A program made the position numbers and the translations under genes. Under the pieces are notes generated by a model that saw nothing but the letters and a program-made list of their open reading frames with translations, ran no database searches and had not been told where the DNA came from. From NCBI GenBank assembly GCA_964575955.1, contig CAZNTG010000006.1:128001-192000 (forward strand): a stretch of DNA of 64,000 bases, in the 5' to 3' direction. This stretch comes from an uncultured Thermoproteaceae archaeon (GTDB lineage: Archaea > Thermoproteota > Thermoprotei > Thermoproteales > Thermocladiaceae). This document shows positions 51,687-62,534 of the stretch, piece by piece. Position 1 is the first letter of the stretch. The number at the start of each line of letters is the position of its first letter.

Positions 51687-52142
51687 TTACGCTGTTACTC
51701 TTATCTGTGGTCTATAAATCTCTGCTTCTTCCTCTTCTGTAAGTTGTGCTATTTTCTCAAGATTTTCTAAAGCAATTTCAATATCTACAATATCTCTAAT
51801 AGATATGACTCCTATAGGTTTTGAATTATCATCAACAACAACGAGATGTCTAATTCCATACTTACGCATTAGATATGCTGCTTTAGATACAGGATCCTTA
51901 TAGTGTACTGTAATTATGTTCTTTCTAGCAACATCACCAACCTTAGTATTATCAGGATCTGCACCTTCTGCAAGTAGTCTAGCAATATCACGTTCAGATA
52001 TTACACCTACAAGATTTCCATCTTTATCAACAACTACTAGAAAACCTACATCTTCCTTCTCCATCAATTTCGCAGCTTCTCTAATGTTTGCATCTTTTTC
52101 GACTGTTACTAGAGGCCTTTTCAGCAATGCACGAATTTCCAT
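51687..52142 (-). CDS. CBS-domain protein
   Basis: Two CBS repeats (GVISERD, GVISIRD). Confidence 0.9.
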   Translation of the reverse strand: MEIRALLKRPLVTVEKDANIREAAKLMEKEDVGFLVVVDKDGNLVGVISERDIARLLAEGADPDNTKVGDVARKNIITVHYKDPVSKAAYLMRKYGIRHLVVVDDNSKPIGVISIRDIVDIEIALENLEKIAQLTEEEEAEIYRPQIRVTA

Positions 52143-52234
52143 GAGAAGAAAAGTGACATATGTAGTTTATAAATATTCCGCATCACGACACAACTTATAG
52201 ATTTGTAGAACATTTATTAAAGAGACGAAAAAGC

Positions 52235-53302
52235 ATGGAGTTGAGAGGTAAAGAAGGCAGTGACGCATTTCTAGATAGAGACTATTTTGAGACAATAACA
52301 GGATACATATTCTGCGTAGTTGGAGAACAACATCCGAAAGATAGAGTAACATCATATCTAAAATATATACCAACTAGAGATCAAACATTATGGAGTAGAG
52401 ACTCCATAAACTATTATAGAATAATGAAAACATACGGTGCATCTCAATATGAAAATGTTATGAAATATCTAGAACATACATGCAGGGAATATGTTAGATA
52501 TGACCCATATATGAATATTAAGTTAATACAAGTACCAATAAGAGATATAAAAATACATTACAAACCTGAAGTTAGAATATTAGAGATATTGAAAGAACCA
52601 AAAGATAAACTTGAACATATATGCAAAGACATTATACAGATATTATCAGACTATTCTAATGTTAATGTAGAATACTTCGGTATTACTGGTTCATTATTAT
52701 TAAAGATTCACAATATTGAGAAATCAGATATAGATATCTTAGTATACTCTAAGAAGAATGTATATAAAATTCTCGATGCTATAGACTATCTAATTGAGAA
52801 GGACTATATTAAGTTTAATAAAGATGTAGTAGAGATGTGTGTTAGAGATGTTTCTAAATACTTAAGAGGTCTAGATTATGAATATCTTGTATATATAGTT
52901 AAGAGAAGGAGAGGTAGATTGATGTTTAGAGATAAGATATTTTCTATAAATTTTGTTAGAACATTCTATGAGAGATATGAGAGGTATGGAGAGTATATAT
53001 ACTATAAATTATATCCTGTAAAGTTTAAAGCTAAAGTTGTAGATATTTCAGAATCATATTTTAATCCTGCTGTATATATTATAGATGATGTTAGACCTAT
53101 CGATCCATTGAATATTCCTAATGTTAGTGAAGTTGTATGTTTTGAAAATATATTCTCAGGAATTGTTAAAGAGAATGAGGAAGTTGTGGTTTATGGTATG
53201 CTTGAACGTAAGATATCAACATTAACTGGAGAGGTCTCTTACAGGGTTGTTGTTGGTAGTATTGAGTTGAAAGGTTTTGACTATATACTACCAACTAGCT
53301 AG
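52235..53302 (+). CDS. Archaeal nucleotidyltransferase-domain protein (COG1665-like)
   Basis: HP.DR...[19 protein letters not shown]. Confidence 0.8.
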   Translation: MELRGKEGSDAFLDRDYFETITGYIFCVVGEQHPKDRVTSYLKYIPTRDQTLWSRDSINYYRIMKTYGASQYENVMKYLEHTCREYVRYDPYMNIKLIQVPIRDIKIHYKPEVRILEILKEPKDKLEHICKDIIQILSDYSNVNVEYFGITGSLLLKIHNIEKSDIDILVYSKKNVYKILDAIDYLIEKDYIKFNKDVVEMCVRDVSKYLRGLDYEYLVYIVKRRRGRLMFRDKIFSINFVRTFYERYERYGEYIYYKLYPVKFKAKVVDISESYFNPAVYIIDDVRPIDPLNIPNVSEVVCFENIFSGIVKENEEVVVYGMLERKISTLTGEVSYRVVVGSIELKGFDYILPTS

Positions 53303-54389
53303 AGCTTGATTTCTTTTTCTTAGTTGTAGTCTTCTTTGTAGTCTCCTTACTTGCTTCTGCTGTTGTTTCTTCAACCTTTTTAACTTCTTCAACTCCCTTA
53401 CCTGTCTTTATTTTAATTCCATATTTCTTAGCTATTAGCTGTAGTTTTGATAGGAATGCAAGCATCTGTATTTCTTCATCACAGCCTTCTGTAAGTCTGT
53501 AATCTATGTCTGATGCTAATTCCATAAGCTCTATCTTTCCTTCATCTGTTGTGTCTATTGTGCCTTTCATTAATTCTCTTTGGAATATTCTAATGATATC
53601 TTTACCACTAACACCATATTCATACATTATTTGTCTAAGTTTATCTCTAGCTTTAATAAATCCTGAATGTATTAAAGTTTCTAGTAGTTCTAGAACTTCT
53701 CTAGGTTCTATATATCCAACAGTCTTATACACGACTTCTGCTGTTATCTTCTTAGATATTGCTGCTGCTGCTTGTAGTGTGTTTATTGCTTTTCTCATAT
53801 CTCCTTGAGATATGTCCCAAATAGCTTCAAGACCATCATCAGAAACCTCAAGACCTTCACATTTTGCAATCTCTCTAAGTCTTGCAAGTGCTACATCTTT
53901 TGGTAGTGGTGAAAATCTAAACATTGCACATCTAGATTGGATTGGGTCAATTATTCTAGATACGTAATTTGCTATCAGTATAAATCTCGTATTTCCAGCA
54001 TACATCTCCATCAATCTTCTAAGTGCCTGCTGTGCATCACTAGTCATATTATCAGCCTCATCTAGAATAACAAGCTTGAACGGTGCTTTTCCCATTGGTG
54101 CTGTTCTTGCAAACTCTTTAACTCTCTCACGAATTACAGATATTCCTCTTTCGTCGCTTGCGTTTAGTTCTAATACATTTTCTCTCCATGAATCACCATA
54201 AAGTTCATATGCAATTGCAAGAGCCATAGTAGTCTTACCAACACCAGGAGGACCATAAAAAAGCATATGAGGAAGATTTCCTGTCTTTAAAAACTCTTTA
54301 ATACGCTTCTTAACCTCTTCCTGATCTATAATATCGTCAATCCTCCTAGGACGATACTTCTCAACCCACAGTAAATGTTCAAGACTCAT
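53295..54389 (-). CDS. rfcS: Replication factor C small subunit
   Basis: [31 protein letters not shown]. Confidence 0.96.
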   Translation of the reverse strand: MSLEHLLWVEKYRPRRIDDIIDQEEVKKRIKEFLKTGNLPHMLFYGPPGVGKTTMALAIAYELYGDSWRENVLELNASDERGISVIRERVKEFARTAPMGKAPFKLVILDEADNMTSDAQQALRRLMEMYAGNTRFILIANYVSRIIDPIQSRCAMFRFSPLPKDVALARLREIAKCEGLEVSDDGLEAIWDISQGDMRKAINTLQAAAAISKKITAEVVYKTVGYIEPREVLELLETLIHSGFIKARDKLRQIMYEYGVSGKDIIRIFQRELMKGTIDTTDEGKIELMELASDIDYRLTEGCDEEIQMLAFLSKLQLIAKKYGIKIKTGKGVEEVKKVEETTAEASKETTKKTTTKKKKSSSS

Positions 54390-55358
54390 TCAATAGTAGT
54401 AGAACCTTCATGTATAATAACCTTTTTCTACAACATCCAAACTGCACTACCTACCTATCTAAACCGATGATAGTGAAGAAGATCAGTATACTTCCTCATG
54501 ATACTCAATATAGTACAATATTACTCTTTTACTAACTTCGTAAATCTTATAAAAAATTCTAAGTTTAGCAATACATTAACTCTAAAAATCTTTAAGCATA
54601 CCCCCTAATCGTTATTACAAAAGGATTTTTCCATAATCTCTTCAACAGCCCTCTTAACACGCTGCTTATTGATAAGAATAAGTATTCTATAGCTTTTCTT
54701 AAACTGAAATGCAATAACAAGAGTGTACATCATTCGATGTCGTAAGAATTAGTATAAGTGGTATACGCGATACGATCTACCTCATACATTATTATGTCTC
54801 ATACCCTAATTAACACATATGCAAGATAGTGAATGTATGAGAAATAGAGTGAAGGTTTATCTACAGGGTAGAAAGTCTAACAAGTCGCAACATGTAGTAA
54901 TGGCGAGACATCTCAATGCGTTTATAGTGACAAGTGAGGCAACATCATTCTGCTTCTCTTCATGTAACTATAGTAAGTTCAATGGAAAAACCTACATGAT
55001 AGGTTATCATTTCGTTAAATGTCGTTAGACAATTCTAAGTCATGTTCCTGATGGTTTTTGGACTTATTAAGTGATTTTGCCGTATTAAGTTTAATGAGCT
55101 ATAGTGTTTAGAAAGCTAGACCTAATGGAGATAAGGTTCAGAGACGTAGTGTAGTGTATGGGTTTGATGTTGCTAAATCATCTAGTAATGGTAAGGTGAT
55201 GTATCTAACAAAAAACAATCCTGAAGAAAAAACTGAATAATATGTAATTGCTGAAGGTAAAGTAGCAGATAAGATAAGTGATGCTATAGCAAATGCCATA
55301 CAATTAATAGCATTCTTTGGTGAACTAGCGTTATTAGCAATTGGTTTAGAGATTTCTG

Positions 55359-55979
55359 CTACTCCTTACGCCAACAGTTTCCTAATATTGTTGTAATCAC
55401 ACTCTTTATGTTGTCTAGTACTTGTCTTAATTCTTCATCTTCTTCACTAATAGTTATACTATCATAAAGTTGTAGTATAAATTTTGTTAATTCTTGCCGA
55501 GTCTTCACAGAATTGAGCGTGAGTGTTAGAAAGTGAGAATATGTTTTCATGTACGTTTCTATTAGCTTATCAGTTAATAATCTATATATTTCTTCTGGCA
55601 TTACCTTATGTACGTTCAATACTAGTAATGTATGAAAAAGTATTGTATAGACATTGAGCATTAGGAGCAATTTAGTGAGAGATTGTATATGCCTAATATC
55701 ACTTATACTAGATAACGTTCTATCTATATACTCACAGTATTTATATACTGCTAGCACCACTCTTCTGATATTTTCATCTATTATCGACATTATTTTATAC
55801 TGTTTTACTACTTTTTCATTCAATATGTTCAAGAGTTTTAATTTTTCAATCCTTGATCTAAGTCCTCGTTTTGAAATTGTTATTCCACGTTCTCTAAGTC
55901 TTCTCCAAAGCTCATTGAAGTGTAATGATTTATCTGCAATCATGTACAGTATCTCAAGGTCCACATAGTCAATTCTCAT
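55359..55979 (-). CDS. Winged-helix transcriptional regulator
   Basis: HFNELWR....ISKRGL...I.KL N-terminal HTH. Confidence 0.65.
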   Translation of the reverse strand: MRIDYVDLEILYMIADKSLHFNELWRRLRERGITISKRGLRSRIEKLKLLNILNEKVVKQYKIMSIIDENIRRVVLAVYKYCEYIDRTLSSISDIRHIQSLTKLLLMLNVYTILFHTLLVLNVHKVMPEEIYRLLTDKLIETYMKTYSHFLTLTLNSVKTRQELTKFILQLYDSITISEEDEELRQVLDNIKSVITTILGNCWRKE

Positions 55980-56067
55980 ATAGGTATGATGGTGAACTCT
56001 TAAGGAAGCCTTTTTAGGCTATCGAACCGGTATGACTACAGGAGAGTCTATGACCGGTACTTCAAGC

Positions 56068-56371
56068 ATGAGTAAAGAAACCGGAGAGGAAGAAGAGAAG
56101 ACGTGTTCCTTATGGTGAGTCTACAGTATCGGTTGGTGAATTAGTCCAGGTACATTATAGAGGACTTGCACCAAATACTGCAGCTACTGCGGGTGGTGGT
56201 GCTGCACTTGGTGCTATTCTTGGCGCCGTGCTTGGCTTCATCGCAGCTGGACCAATTGGTGCAGCGATTGGTGATGCATTAGGTGGAGCAATTGGAGGAG
56301 GAGTAGGCGGATATATTGGAACACTAATCGATGAACAACTTGCAAAAACAGAAAGAAGAGAAGAGAGATAG
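56068..56371 (+). pseudogene. Glycine-zipper membrane protein with an apparent 5' frameshift
   Basis: Frame 56072-56371 encodes GAALGAILGAVLGFIAAGPIGAAIGDALGGAIGGGVGG but has no start codon upstream of the zipper; ATG at 56068 (MSKETGEEEEK) is one frame off. Confidence 0.55.
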
Positions 56372-56382
56372 AACACGCAAAC

Positions 56383-56694
56383 ATGACTAAACATAGTGAA
56401 GTAATATCTAGAATAAAGTTAGTAATAGTAGTATCATCATCTATCATAATCTCGATATTGAAGGCAGTACTTAATCCAGTAGGAGGCAATCAAGTTCAGT
56501 TTACTGGAGTTTACGCTTTAATAGCGATGATCTCATACACAATAAGTGAAAACACTGTAGAAATCTACGTTACTTTAAAAGAATCTATAGGCAACATACC
56601 TGAAAAGCATCTAATACCAGCAGTACTACTACTAAGACTAGTACTAGTAGCAGCAGCAATACACTCACTATACATATTCCTATTCACACTCTAA
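56383..56694 (+). CDS. Small multi-pass membrane protein
   Basis: About three hydrophobic segments; starts 11 bp after the glycine-zipper stop. Confidence 0.6.
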   Translation: MTKHSEVISRIKLVIVVSSSIIISILKAVLNPVGGNQVQFTGVYALIAMISYTISENTVEIYVTLKESIGNIPEKHLIPAVLLLRLVLVAAAIHSLYIFLFTL

Positions 56695-56785
56695 AAACAC
56701 CTCTACACTACTACCATCTCAAACTATCAAGACTTAGCATACTCTAATCTACAATATCATCATCACAGAAACGAGATGTCTCAAT

Positions 56786-57003
56786 ACGTTCAAGGTGACA
56801 AATGAAACATCTTCGTTCTACTCTTCTTCATGTGTGGATGGTGAGTTTAAGAGAAAACCTTCATGATAAACCGTCAATCCCACATCTGTTAGGTATTGAG
56901 ACGTTTTGTGACGTTCAAGGTAACAGAAAGAACACCACCATTCAGCCTCTCATCATGTATGGATGATAAGTTCAATAGAGAACTTTCATGACAATTAATC
57001 AAT
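56786..57003. repeat. Degenerate tandem direct repeat (2 x 93 bp, period 125)
   Basis: Units at 56786 and 56911 both start ACGTTCAAGGT; gapless alignment about 66/93 identical by manual count. Confidence 0.75.
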
Positions 57004-57137
57004 TTCTTGTAGTTTAGTGTGTTTTTATAGTATGTATCCAAGTTCTTGGCATATTTTCATTAATGTTTTTCTATGTTTTATTGAGTTTTTGTATAGATAT
57101 TCTATTATTTTTGGTTCTATGTATAGTTTTAGCTCGT

Positions 57138-57287
57138 TTAGTGATATATTTTTCTATACAGTAGTTTTAGTATCCATATTGCTAATTCAATTATTGTTGT
57201 TTGAGTAGTCCCAAGCTCTCTAGCAAGTTCTTCTATGAATTTCTTATTTTCTTCACTAATACGAACATGTAGATCACAGTACTTCAT
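57138..57287 (-). CDS. Ribbon-helix-helix (CopG-like) protein, 49 aa; possibly frameshift-truncated (other frame open to 57025)
   Basis: MKYCDLHVRISEENKKFIEELARELGTTQTTIIELAI is a typical RHH pattern; absent from the ORF track. Confidence 0.65.
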   Translation of the reverse strand: MKYCDLHVRISEENKKFIEELARELGTTQTTIIELAIWILKLLYRKIYH

Positions 57288-57463
57288 GTATATTATCTAC
57301 TCAAAAAACTTAAAGAACATACTACCAAATGTACAGAAAAACAAGGAACACATGAGAACTTGCGATCTTCATATGTACATGATCTTCTATGTAACTTCTG
57401 AACTTTACTAAACATTCCTAAACTTTTCTCTTGGTTATTGCCTAGTCTTATTATTCCTGATGT

Positions 57464-57730
57464 TTGATATATTATGTGAAGAAGATTAAGCTTAGTGATC
57501 TTATCAGGTACTATATTGAGCATGATGATTTTCATTATGCACTTATCCTCATATTTGCTACATATGATGAAATATCACTAAACATGATCTACAAGATAGT
57601 AGATATTATCAAAAACATAACAAACATCAACATAAGCAAAAACGGAATCAGATCATGGCTACACGAACAGGTATATAATAGAAAAATTCTTATTAACACA
57701 AGTAGAGGAATATACAAAAATAAACACTAA
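57464..57730 (+). CDS. Small winged-helix-like hypothetical protein
   Basis: ISKNGIRSWL.......I....RGIY pattern. Confidence 0.45.
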   Translation: MIYYVKKIKLSDLIRYYIEHDDFHYALILIFATYDEISLNMIYKIVDIIKNITNINISKNGIRSWLHEQVYNRKILINTSRGIYKNKH

Positions 57731-57732
57731 AC

Positions 57733-58277
57733 ATGTCGAACCAGATCTCGAGAAAGTAAAGAAAATACTAAAGAATATGAACTAGATATTGATGAAATAA
57801 AGAAAATACTCAAACACGATATTAAACAAACAACTCAGAAATTCAAAGAAATACGGAAATTACTTAAACTCTATGAAAAGTATAGTAATTCACTACTAGA
57901 TTATGAGCATCTGCTTCAGGTAATAGAAGAATTAAAGAATCAACTTAACAATCTTCAAAATGAGAAAAATAAGCTAATTAGTGAACTCGAGAAATATAGA
58001 TCAGAAATTGATAAATTACGTATGGAAGTTAAAGAGAAAGAACAAAAAATAAATGAACTAACATCAAGACTAAGTGAATGGATAAGCTATACAACATGTA
58101 GAGAGTTCAAACTTGGATTTCTTAGAAAGAAGATACTTAAAGAAGATACTTAGAATATGTACATCAAGTAAATTAATGAAAATAATAATACAGATAATTA
58201 GGAAGTATCTACCAGATAATGAATTCGAAAAAATAGTACAAGAACTCCTAAAACACAAATACGTAAAAATAATGTAA
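57733..58277 (+). pseudogene. Disrupted coiled-coil protein gene
   Basis: Long heptad-rich frame (IEELKNQLNNLQNEKNKLISELEKYRSEI); broken near the 5' end and by a 13-bp tandem duplication AAGAAGATACTTA x2 at 58127-58152. Confidence 0.55.
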
Positions 58278-58471
58278 ATATCAGGAAGAGTATCCACAAT
58301 AGTCAAAGAAAAGTCTAAACAAGTTCAGAAGTTCAGACAAGTTTAGTACATATGAAGAGGACTACACTACTACACCATCTGAACACATGAATATTCATGA
58401 TACTTTTATCTCGTATAACAATAACGTAGTATTTAGCATTACGTAACTTTTAAAAAAAAGGACGTTTTCTC

Positions 58472-58885
58472 ATGTCTCTATCTATTGTTGAAAAACTTGA
58501 TGGTTTGTTGCGGTTTTTTGTTGATAGGTATGGTAGTGGTGTTTTTGGTGTATTGGTTGTTAGGTCTGACGGTCTTCCTGTTCATGTTTATTGGAGAGGT
58601 GGTGTTGATGTTAGACTTGTTTGTGGTTCATTAGCATTACTTGCTACATCATTAAAGAAAGCATATTCTATGCTTAAAGAAGGTGATCGTATAAATACAA
58701 TAATTGTTGAAGGTAATGATACTAGACTTCTTGTTAAATCTATTACTATCGATAAACGTGAAGTTTATGTATGTACAATGGTTGACAATAACGTAAATTT
58801 AGGATTGGTTCTTCTCGATCTTGAGAGATTATGTGATAAAGTTAAAGAAGCTCTTCAACGTTGTGAAATACCTATTAGGCGATAA
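58472..58885 (+). CDS. Roadblock/LC7 (MglB-like) protein
   Basis: GVLVVRSDGLP, IIVEG, NLGLV..DL..L. Confidence 0.8.
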   Translation: MSLSIVEKLDGLLRFFVDRYGSGVFGVLVVRSDGLPVHVYWRGGVDVRLVCGSLALLATSLKKAYSMLKEGDRINTIIVEGNDTRLLVKSITIDKREVYVCTMVDNNVNLGLVLLDLERLCDKVKEALQRCEIPIRR

Positions 58886-58887
58886 GT

Positions 58888-59394
58888 ATGAGACAAGATA
58901 TCTATACAAAAGTCCTAGAAGAAGTACCTCAAGTATCTGGAATTGATCTAGCGTTTATAAGTATAATACTTACAGTACATAAATTATCAGTACCAGAAGT
59001 AACACTTACAATATTTAGAGAAGCAGCATATATAGCAATAGAGTACTTAAAAATTAAGAAAGTAATAACAAGTAATGAACTAGAAAAAGCAATAAATGAA
59101 TTATCTAACTGTCTTAAAAATCCTGAAAAATTAAACATTGTCAAAAACATAAATGTAGAATATAGGGATAGAAATATAGTAATAAACGTGCATGAATGTA
59201 AATTCAAAAATATTTGTAGATGTGTTGATACTCTAATAACAGAAAAACCAGAAGTACTAGATATACTACAGGTAAGACCATGTGCAATAATGTTACTATA
59301 TACTGCACTAATAGAAAAATATAACAAAACACCAATAATAAAAGAAATACAATGTAAAAACGGAAATGCAAACATAATAATAACAATAACGTAA
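58888..59394 (+). CDS. V4R-like ligand-binding domain protein
   Basis: V.ECKF..IC, RPC, EIQC cysteine pattern. Confidence 0.55.
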   Translation: MRQDIYTKVLEEVPQVSGIDLAFISIILTVHKLSVPEVTLTIFREAAYIAIEYLKIKKVITSNELEKAINELSNCLKNPEKLNIVKNINVEYRDRNIVINVHECKFKNICRCVDTLITEKPEVLDILQVRPCAIMLLYTALIEKYNKTPIIKEIQCKNGNANIIITIT

Positions 59395-59399
59395 GAACT

Positions 59400-59627
59400 A
59401 TGTCATATGACATAGATAAGATAGAGAAAGCAATTAAATTACTTGAAGAAAAACTACAATCAAAAACATTCATAAAAGCAATAGGAGGAAAAAGAATATA
59501 CAACTCAATAAAAACAATAATAGAATACACGAAACAAAAACTACAAGAAGAAAACAAAAAAGTTAAAATATGTAAGATGTGTTACATGTTTTTAGGAAGT
59601 GTGATTATGAAAATTGAAGATAGCTAG
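59400..59627 (+). CDS. Small hypothetical protein
   Basis: Third gene of the apparent roadblock operon. Confidence 0.45.
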   Translation: MSYDIDKIEKAIKLLEEKLQSKTFIKAIGGKRIYNSIKTIIEYTKQKLQEENKKVKICKMCYMFLGSVIMKIEDS

Positions 59628-59960
59628 TCTTTTGAAGATTGTTCAATATAATCTTATGTCATGTTACTTTGTGCTTTCTTTCTGTTAGTCATGCTGTAGA
59701 TATTGTTACTACTACGGCTAAGATCATTAACATTTCTGGTGTGGTCTCTATATGTACCGTATCTAGTATAATTCCTGGATTTTAGCTTAATGTGTGCTTT
59801 CGCGTATAGATTACGATTCTTGATCTAACTAACCTTACTGCCTGCTTCTTAGCGCAATTATAGCGGGAAGTAGAGGAACGACTTAGGGATTATCCAGGAT
59901 CTGGGTTATTGAGCATAATACTCCTTAGAGCAAAGATGTGTTCTCTTGATAGTAGTTAAG

Positions 59961-60879
59961 TTATGGCTTGGCTCTGGTTTTCGAGTTCTCGTAGAGAAAT
60001 GCTGCTAGGTATGATAGTAGGCCAGCATAGCTCATTATCTCTTTAGGGAGTTTTCTTGGACAGCCAGCTAGTTCGAGTCCTCTACTAACTGAAAGATCCT
60101 CAGATAGAAGTAGGTTCAAGTCTCCAGTGTAGGCCATGTATGTTAGTTTAGCTGTCCATAGACCAACTCCTTTAAACTTCATTAACTCCTCTACTGCACT
60201 ATGAGGTGGTAATTTAGCTATCTCTTCTAGGTCGTATCCCCGCCTAACAATAGTTTCAGCTATGTTAATTATGTATTCTGCTTTTCTCCTATTAAGTCCC
60301 ATTTCTCTTAGTCGAGTTACTCCAGCTCTTAACACAGCTTCAGGTGAGGGAAAATCATATAGAATTTCACCATCTTGTGTTCTCAACTTCATGCCGAGAT
60401 TTACTACTAACCTGGAGATGATCCTGAGAGCTAAACTCATGTTAACATGTTGATTTACTATCGCTTTCACAAGAGATTCCCACATACTTGGATTCAGGGA
60501 CGGTCTTAATCCAGGATATTTCTCAATAATCTCTCTTAACTTAGGACATACCCTGACCAGCAATGATGTATCTGAATACTCATACTCTACATTCATTATG
60601 TGTTCAACTACTTTTACTGTACACTCAGGATCACAAGCAAACACACGAACCTTGATGAGAGGCTCCCAAGCCCTCACTACTTATCACTACCTTAAAAGCC
60701 ACAGGTTCATTAGTACTCAATGTAACTATACGTCTACAAGTTCTTGAAGCTTCATCATATATGCAGGGTATAGGTTGTTCTCTAAGCGAAAATCGCCTAA
60801 GATGTGGAGTTATGGCATAAGGAGGTCTAGGAACAATAACTATCTCTTTCCTCTCCTCAAACATACTAACAACACTCAT
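59961..60879 (-). pseudogene. alkA: AlkA-like DNA-3-methyladenine glycosylase split by a frameshift near 60669
   Basis: PGLRP, WESL..AIV.Q, FPSPE, HhH KGVGLWTA, ED; deleting one base joins SSEG to WEPLIKV. Confidence 0.75.
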
Positions 60880-61435
60880 CCTAGAATCCTCATAACTTTT
60901 GACCTAGCTTCCTGTATTAGTGGCATTAGTATCATGATTATCATAAATGAAATATCATGTAGTATACCTTAAACTAACATAGATATTACTACGATCATGA
61001 TGGTAGTAGCATGTTGAAACTATAACATACTAAACAAACCTAGTATTATCTTTGAGAAAGTTTCTTACCACATTATTTAAAAAGATTACTTCTATCTTCT
61101 TTCAGTTTCTTTTTCTTAGGGTTTAAAAAGTTTTTATTCAGGTATAGGACCAAACTTGGCTTAATGACACGTTAGTCTAGTATCTCTAACTTTAGTCTGT
61201 TTAGTCTATTTAGAATTAATGCTTTCTAAACAGATTGTCAAGTTCTTGAATTATTTAATGAAATATGAATGTCAGCTTGTGATCATCGTGAACAAATAAT
61301 GATAAAGTTCTACTGCAGCAACGGTTTCGATTCTCTGTGAGGAATGAGGAGGAGAGTTGCTTTATCTTATCTTTCTATTGATAGCATTAGGCTTTTATGG
61401 GTAAACACTATTAGGGTTTTTGAATCAGGCATTTA

Positions 61436-62149
61436 ATGCTTGTATGTTATGTCGATATCTCGGGTAATACTAAAGCTTCTACTGACACAATTGTTGCATC
61501 AACAATAGTAATTCCCTGTGATACAGTTAGGAATGTTGAACTTAAGGTAGCTGCTATGATAGATTACATTAAATTGAAGTACAATATCACGACAGACCTG
61601 GAGTTACATGCAAAAGATATAGTACATGGTAAGCATCAATGGAGAAGAATTCCAGAGCATATAAGAGCAACAATTCTCGAAGGTATAATACATGTATTGA
61701 CCGAATACAATGATAAGATATTGATTATAAGTGTAGTAACAAGAAAGACTCAGAAGATATCAATTCAAAACCTACATAGATATATATTTAATGCCAAGAT
61801 AAGATTGTTACTTAAAGCTGCTGAAGTCTTCTACGGAAGACCAAGATATGAGCATATATATCTAATTATAGTTGATAAATCAATACCTGCCGAGGAAGAA
61901 AGTATTGAGGGAACAGTAATAGATGCTGTTAAATCATGCCATAAATCATACTGTATAGATCTCTGTAAAATTCATGTTAGCTTTAGAGATTCTAAAGATT
62001 GTATTGGTATTCAACTAGCTGATATTGTATCATATATAGTTCGTGAAATCGCGATAGGTAGATTAACATACAGGAAATTCGATTTCAGTGAATATTTCAA
62101 TAAACTAACAATAAGTCATAATATGCTCATACAGCTAATCCCAACCTAA
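61436..62149 (+). CDS. DUF3800-like protein (predicted RNase H-like fold)
   Basis: N-terminal YVDISG, ELHAKDI, IIVD, C-terminal DSK..IGIQLADIVSY. Confidence 0.75.
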   Translation: MLVCYVDISGNTKASTDTIVASTIVIPCDTVRNVELKVAAMIDYIKLKYNITTDLELHAKDIVHGKHQWRRIPEHIRATILEGIIHVLTEYNDKILIISVVTRKTQKISIQNLHRYIFNAKIRLLLKAAEVFYGRPRYEHIYLIIVDKSIPAEEESIEGTVIDAVKSCHKSYCIDLCKIHVSFRDSKDCIGIQLADIVSYIVREIAIGRLTYRKFDFSEYFNKLTISHNMLIQLIPT

Positions 62150-62255
62150 GGATGTCTCAGTCGTACAAACAGTCCCAGAGATAGGTTGTACAATACCTCT
62201 CTCTGAGAAGGTAAGGTATTTATGTGAGTGAGATAATATGTAATACGAAGTAAGA

Positions 62256-62350
62256 ACCCGCGGAGGTCGGGTCCATAGGCCCGTCGCCTCCGCGGGGTAT
62301 GACCCCACGGGGTGGAGTCCACTAGGCTCCGCGCCCCGTGTGGGCTATGT
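62256..62350 (+). ncRNA. Putative structured ncRNA: two tandem homologous GC-rich hairpins 3' of the DUF3800-like gene
   Basis: CCCGCGGAGG/CCTCCGCGGG and CACGGGG/CCCCGTG outer stems; inner GTCC-A(C)TA-GGC; each unit followed by TATG. Confidence 0.7.
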
Positions 62351-62534
62351 AGGTAGCTTTCTACCTCTTAATACCCTTATGTGAACATTAAGCAATCTAT
62401 GCCTGAATCTAGTGGATCACCTAATTACTAAGAATAAACTAGAAAACCAGTACTGATATAGGTATACCATAGCCAAACTAGGTACATGGTTGAAACTTAT
62501 TTGAGCTTGATTATAATTTCAAACTTTTTCTCGA

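Noticed and set aside
56786-57003. Degenerate CRISPR array
   Set aside because: Only two 93-bp units, too long for CRISPR repeats, and no cas genes in the window
58352-58400. ATGAAGA...CTGA possible C/D sRNA
   Set aside because: Spacer too long and low-complexity; no second box pair
62256-62350. Tandem hairpins as H/ACA sRNA, tRNA fragment, SRP/RNase P RNA or mini-CRISPR
   Set aside because: No ACA box or K-turn on either strand, no T-loop or cloverleaf, too short for SRP/RNase P, and no identical repeats with unique spacers
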